A program made the translations under genes and the position numbers. Source: Leptogorgia sarmentosa (taxonomy: Eukaryota). From it: a DNA stretch of 64,000 bases. The DNA is taken from the NCBI GenBank assembly GCA_964658305.1, contig OZ210884.1:1736001-1800000 (forward strand), given 5' to 3'. The notes under the pieces are model-generated. The model was not told where the DNA came from and searched no databases. It was given only the letters and a program-made list of their open reading frames with translations. Shown here piece by piece: positions 62,006-64,000 of this stretch (its first letter is position 1; every line of letters begins with the position of its first letter).

Positions 62006-63171
62006 CTACAAAACAAGAATATTGATGTATTCAAATTCAAATACATCCATCTAATTGAAGTAATTAAGACGGAGATTTTCTGTATGTCACGCATCTCGCG
62101 CTCAAAACTCAAATTCGTCCAACTACAAGTTTCGAATTTTGAGGTTTCTCAGTCGGCAGACTAACTTAAAAAGCTTGACCGGTTCATAATTTATGACTTA
62201 TAAAAAATTAAAACATTTTGGTGTGTACGCCAAAGAGAAAATTACGTCAAAGCTTTAATTATGTTGTGCTGGTTATACGAAATTTGCTGCTCCTAATTTT
62301 CATATTCCTTTCAGTTTTTCAATCAACACAGTTTGAATGCTAGCGAATTGTTTTCTCAATATAATTATCATATAGAACAATTTGATTTTGGGAAAAAGAT
62401 TTCGGGTTTTAAACACATATCGTCGAAAATACGCGACATGGAAAAATTTATCTTCTTAATAATTTTCTCCTTGGCGTGAAACATGCACAGTTAGAACGAC
62501 GATTTGACAAATAAATCGATTAAAATGCCATCGCAAATGTATGAGCAGCATTGAAAAAACCGCGAAAACAACCATATCTTTTTGTTGACCTGAAAAAATA
62601 GGAATTTTGTTAATTAAGATACTAAACACGTTCCAGTAAAGTAAATCTCTTGCGATTTTATCGATGAAAGTTTGCAAAGTACTGCCCAACCTTCCACGAA
62701 TTAAGAGATCTTTTACGACTTAAAAATAGCGACTTATTTAGGAGGCTGACGATCCAATCTGTTAATGTCCAAAATTTTTCGTCACGGATACTTTTGCAAC
62801 AGTATTGAAGCAGCGAAAGAATTATCTAGCCTTAAATTCATGAAAAAACATCCGAATTTCGAAATATATATTGCGGGCTTGTCATTTCGAAAATTTTTCA
62901 TACAGGCCAAGATTTGGTATCTTTAAACACTAGCCAGGCATTACGCGGATGGAAATTTTTTATACAATTATTTTATTACGTTGATTTATGATTTATTTAA
63001 CTTCGCCTATTACAGATAACAGTTAGGCCGGGATACCACAACAGTTAAATAAAAAGCAATTACTGTGGACCCTTAAGTATCTTAAAAGCATGCACTATGT
63101 ATATATACAGTAAATCTGTCAACAGCACGTAAAATGTTGGCTAAGTGGCCGCGAATTGTTACATTTTAAAC

Positions 63172-63420
63172 CGGCAGATCGTTCACGTAAAGTAGAAACA
63201 GTATGGGGCCCAGTATTGAGCCTTGAGGAACTCCCGAAAGGACAGGTCTTGCAGTTGATGTTGCTCCTAAGACAGTTACGCGCGGTTTGCGATCAGACAA
63301 ATACGACTGGAACTATTGCAGAAGATTACCCGCCATGTGCTTGAGCAGTGGACGATGTGGTGGGACCTAGATTCGTAGCAATGTCGCCAGCGAGCAGAAT
63401 ACATAGGTATAGATGAGATC
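63172..63420 (-). mobile_element. Internally deleted CR1/L2-type non-LTR retrotransposon remnant
   Basis: Minus strand reads HLYLCILLAGDIATNLGP (2A-like, about 63415-63362). After a frame break it reads [52 protein letters not shown], a typical RT segment with an internal stop. Confidence 0.85.
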
Positions 63421-64000
63421 TATTGTTCTTGGTGTTGAAATCTAGGCCATAGCGGTGTTAATACCCGGATGGAAAGTTGTATTTTCGCAGTACTTTATCA
63501 CGCGTTAAAGTCCATAGCAAACACAGTTTCTCAGATATTACGGCAAGTTCTGAAGCAATGACTATATTGGTAGACGTTACTTTCTCGTTGAATCTCACAA
63601 AGTCGGGCAGCGATCTTGTAGCTAATCAAAATACAAAGATGAGAGAGATGGTCGCATAACAGAATTTGCCAGAAGATATAAGTTTCATAGAAACCATTTT
63701 ACCAAATTTTATCTTGCTAGAAGATTCCAATTTTCAATTATTGGTAGTAATTAATTCCAAGTTGCCAATTAAAATTACAGATTAAGTTCAAATTGATCTT
63801 GCGATGTTGTCCGGAGCTGTCGCGTGCGCCGTTTACTTGCGTGATAACGGTCGTAACGGTCGTAACGGTCTCAACGGAAAATTTCAATTTTCGACACAAC
63901 AAATGACAGAAATCCAATAGTTTAGGCAACAATAACTTTCAATATTTCCAAATTATCGTAAGTCCCTGATCCAGATGATACTATCAGAAGTATTTTCTAT

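Overview
AT-rich, intron-containing animal genomic DNA, most likely from an anthozoan cnidarian (inferred from gene and repeat families). No prokaryotic operons or CRISPR arrays were seen. Splice sites were traced by hand, giving five gene models plus one orphan exon. (1-2) Two minus-strand paralogs (7976-15835 and 26327-33494, 5 exons each) encode secreted proteins: signal peptide, coiled coil, fibrinogen-N-like subdomain and a coral 'skeletal organic matrix protein 5'-like C-terminal domain. (3) A plus-strand gene not visible in the ORF track (18112-22652) reuses the same signal-peptide and coiled-coil exons but splices in frame to a degenerate EGF exon and a transmembrane exon with an ITAM/ITIM-like tail. 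A second copy of that terminal exon lies at 1933-2291, so a receptor-like + secreted-protein pair is tandemly duplicated. (4) An intron-containing PsiD-type (fungal/bacterial-type) pyruvoyl decarboxylase of the phosphatidylserine decarboxylase family (about 40795-46407), preceded by a 1.6 kb foldback element. (5) A roughly 1000-aa fusion of dynamin/mitofusin-like GTPase, hydrophobic hairpin and protein kinase (DSTYK-like architecture; 49949-62005, 5' end not found), with one GC-AG intron. The intergenic and intronic DNA is rich in MITEs with clear TSDs. It also holds a SINE, an L2/CR1 remnant with a 2A-like peptide, minimal hammerhead-ribozyme-like motifs, a (TTATACA)n array, and several unrelated palindromes that share tandem G.A mismatches and GNA triloops.
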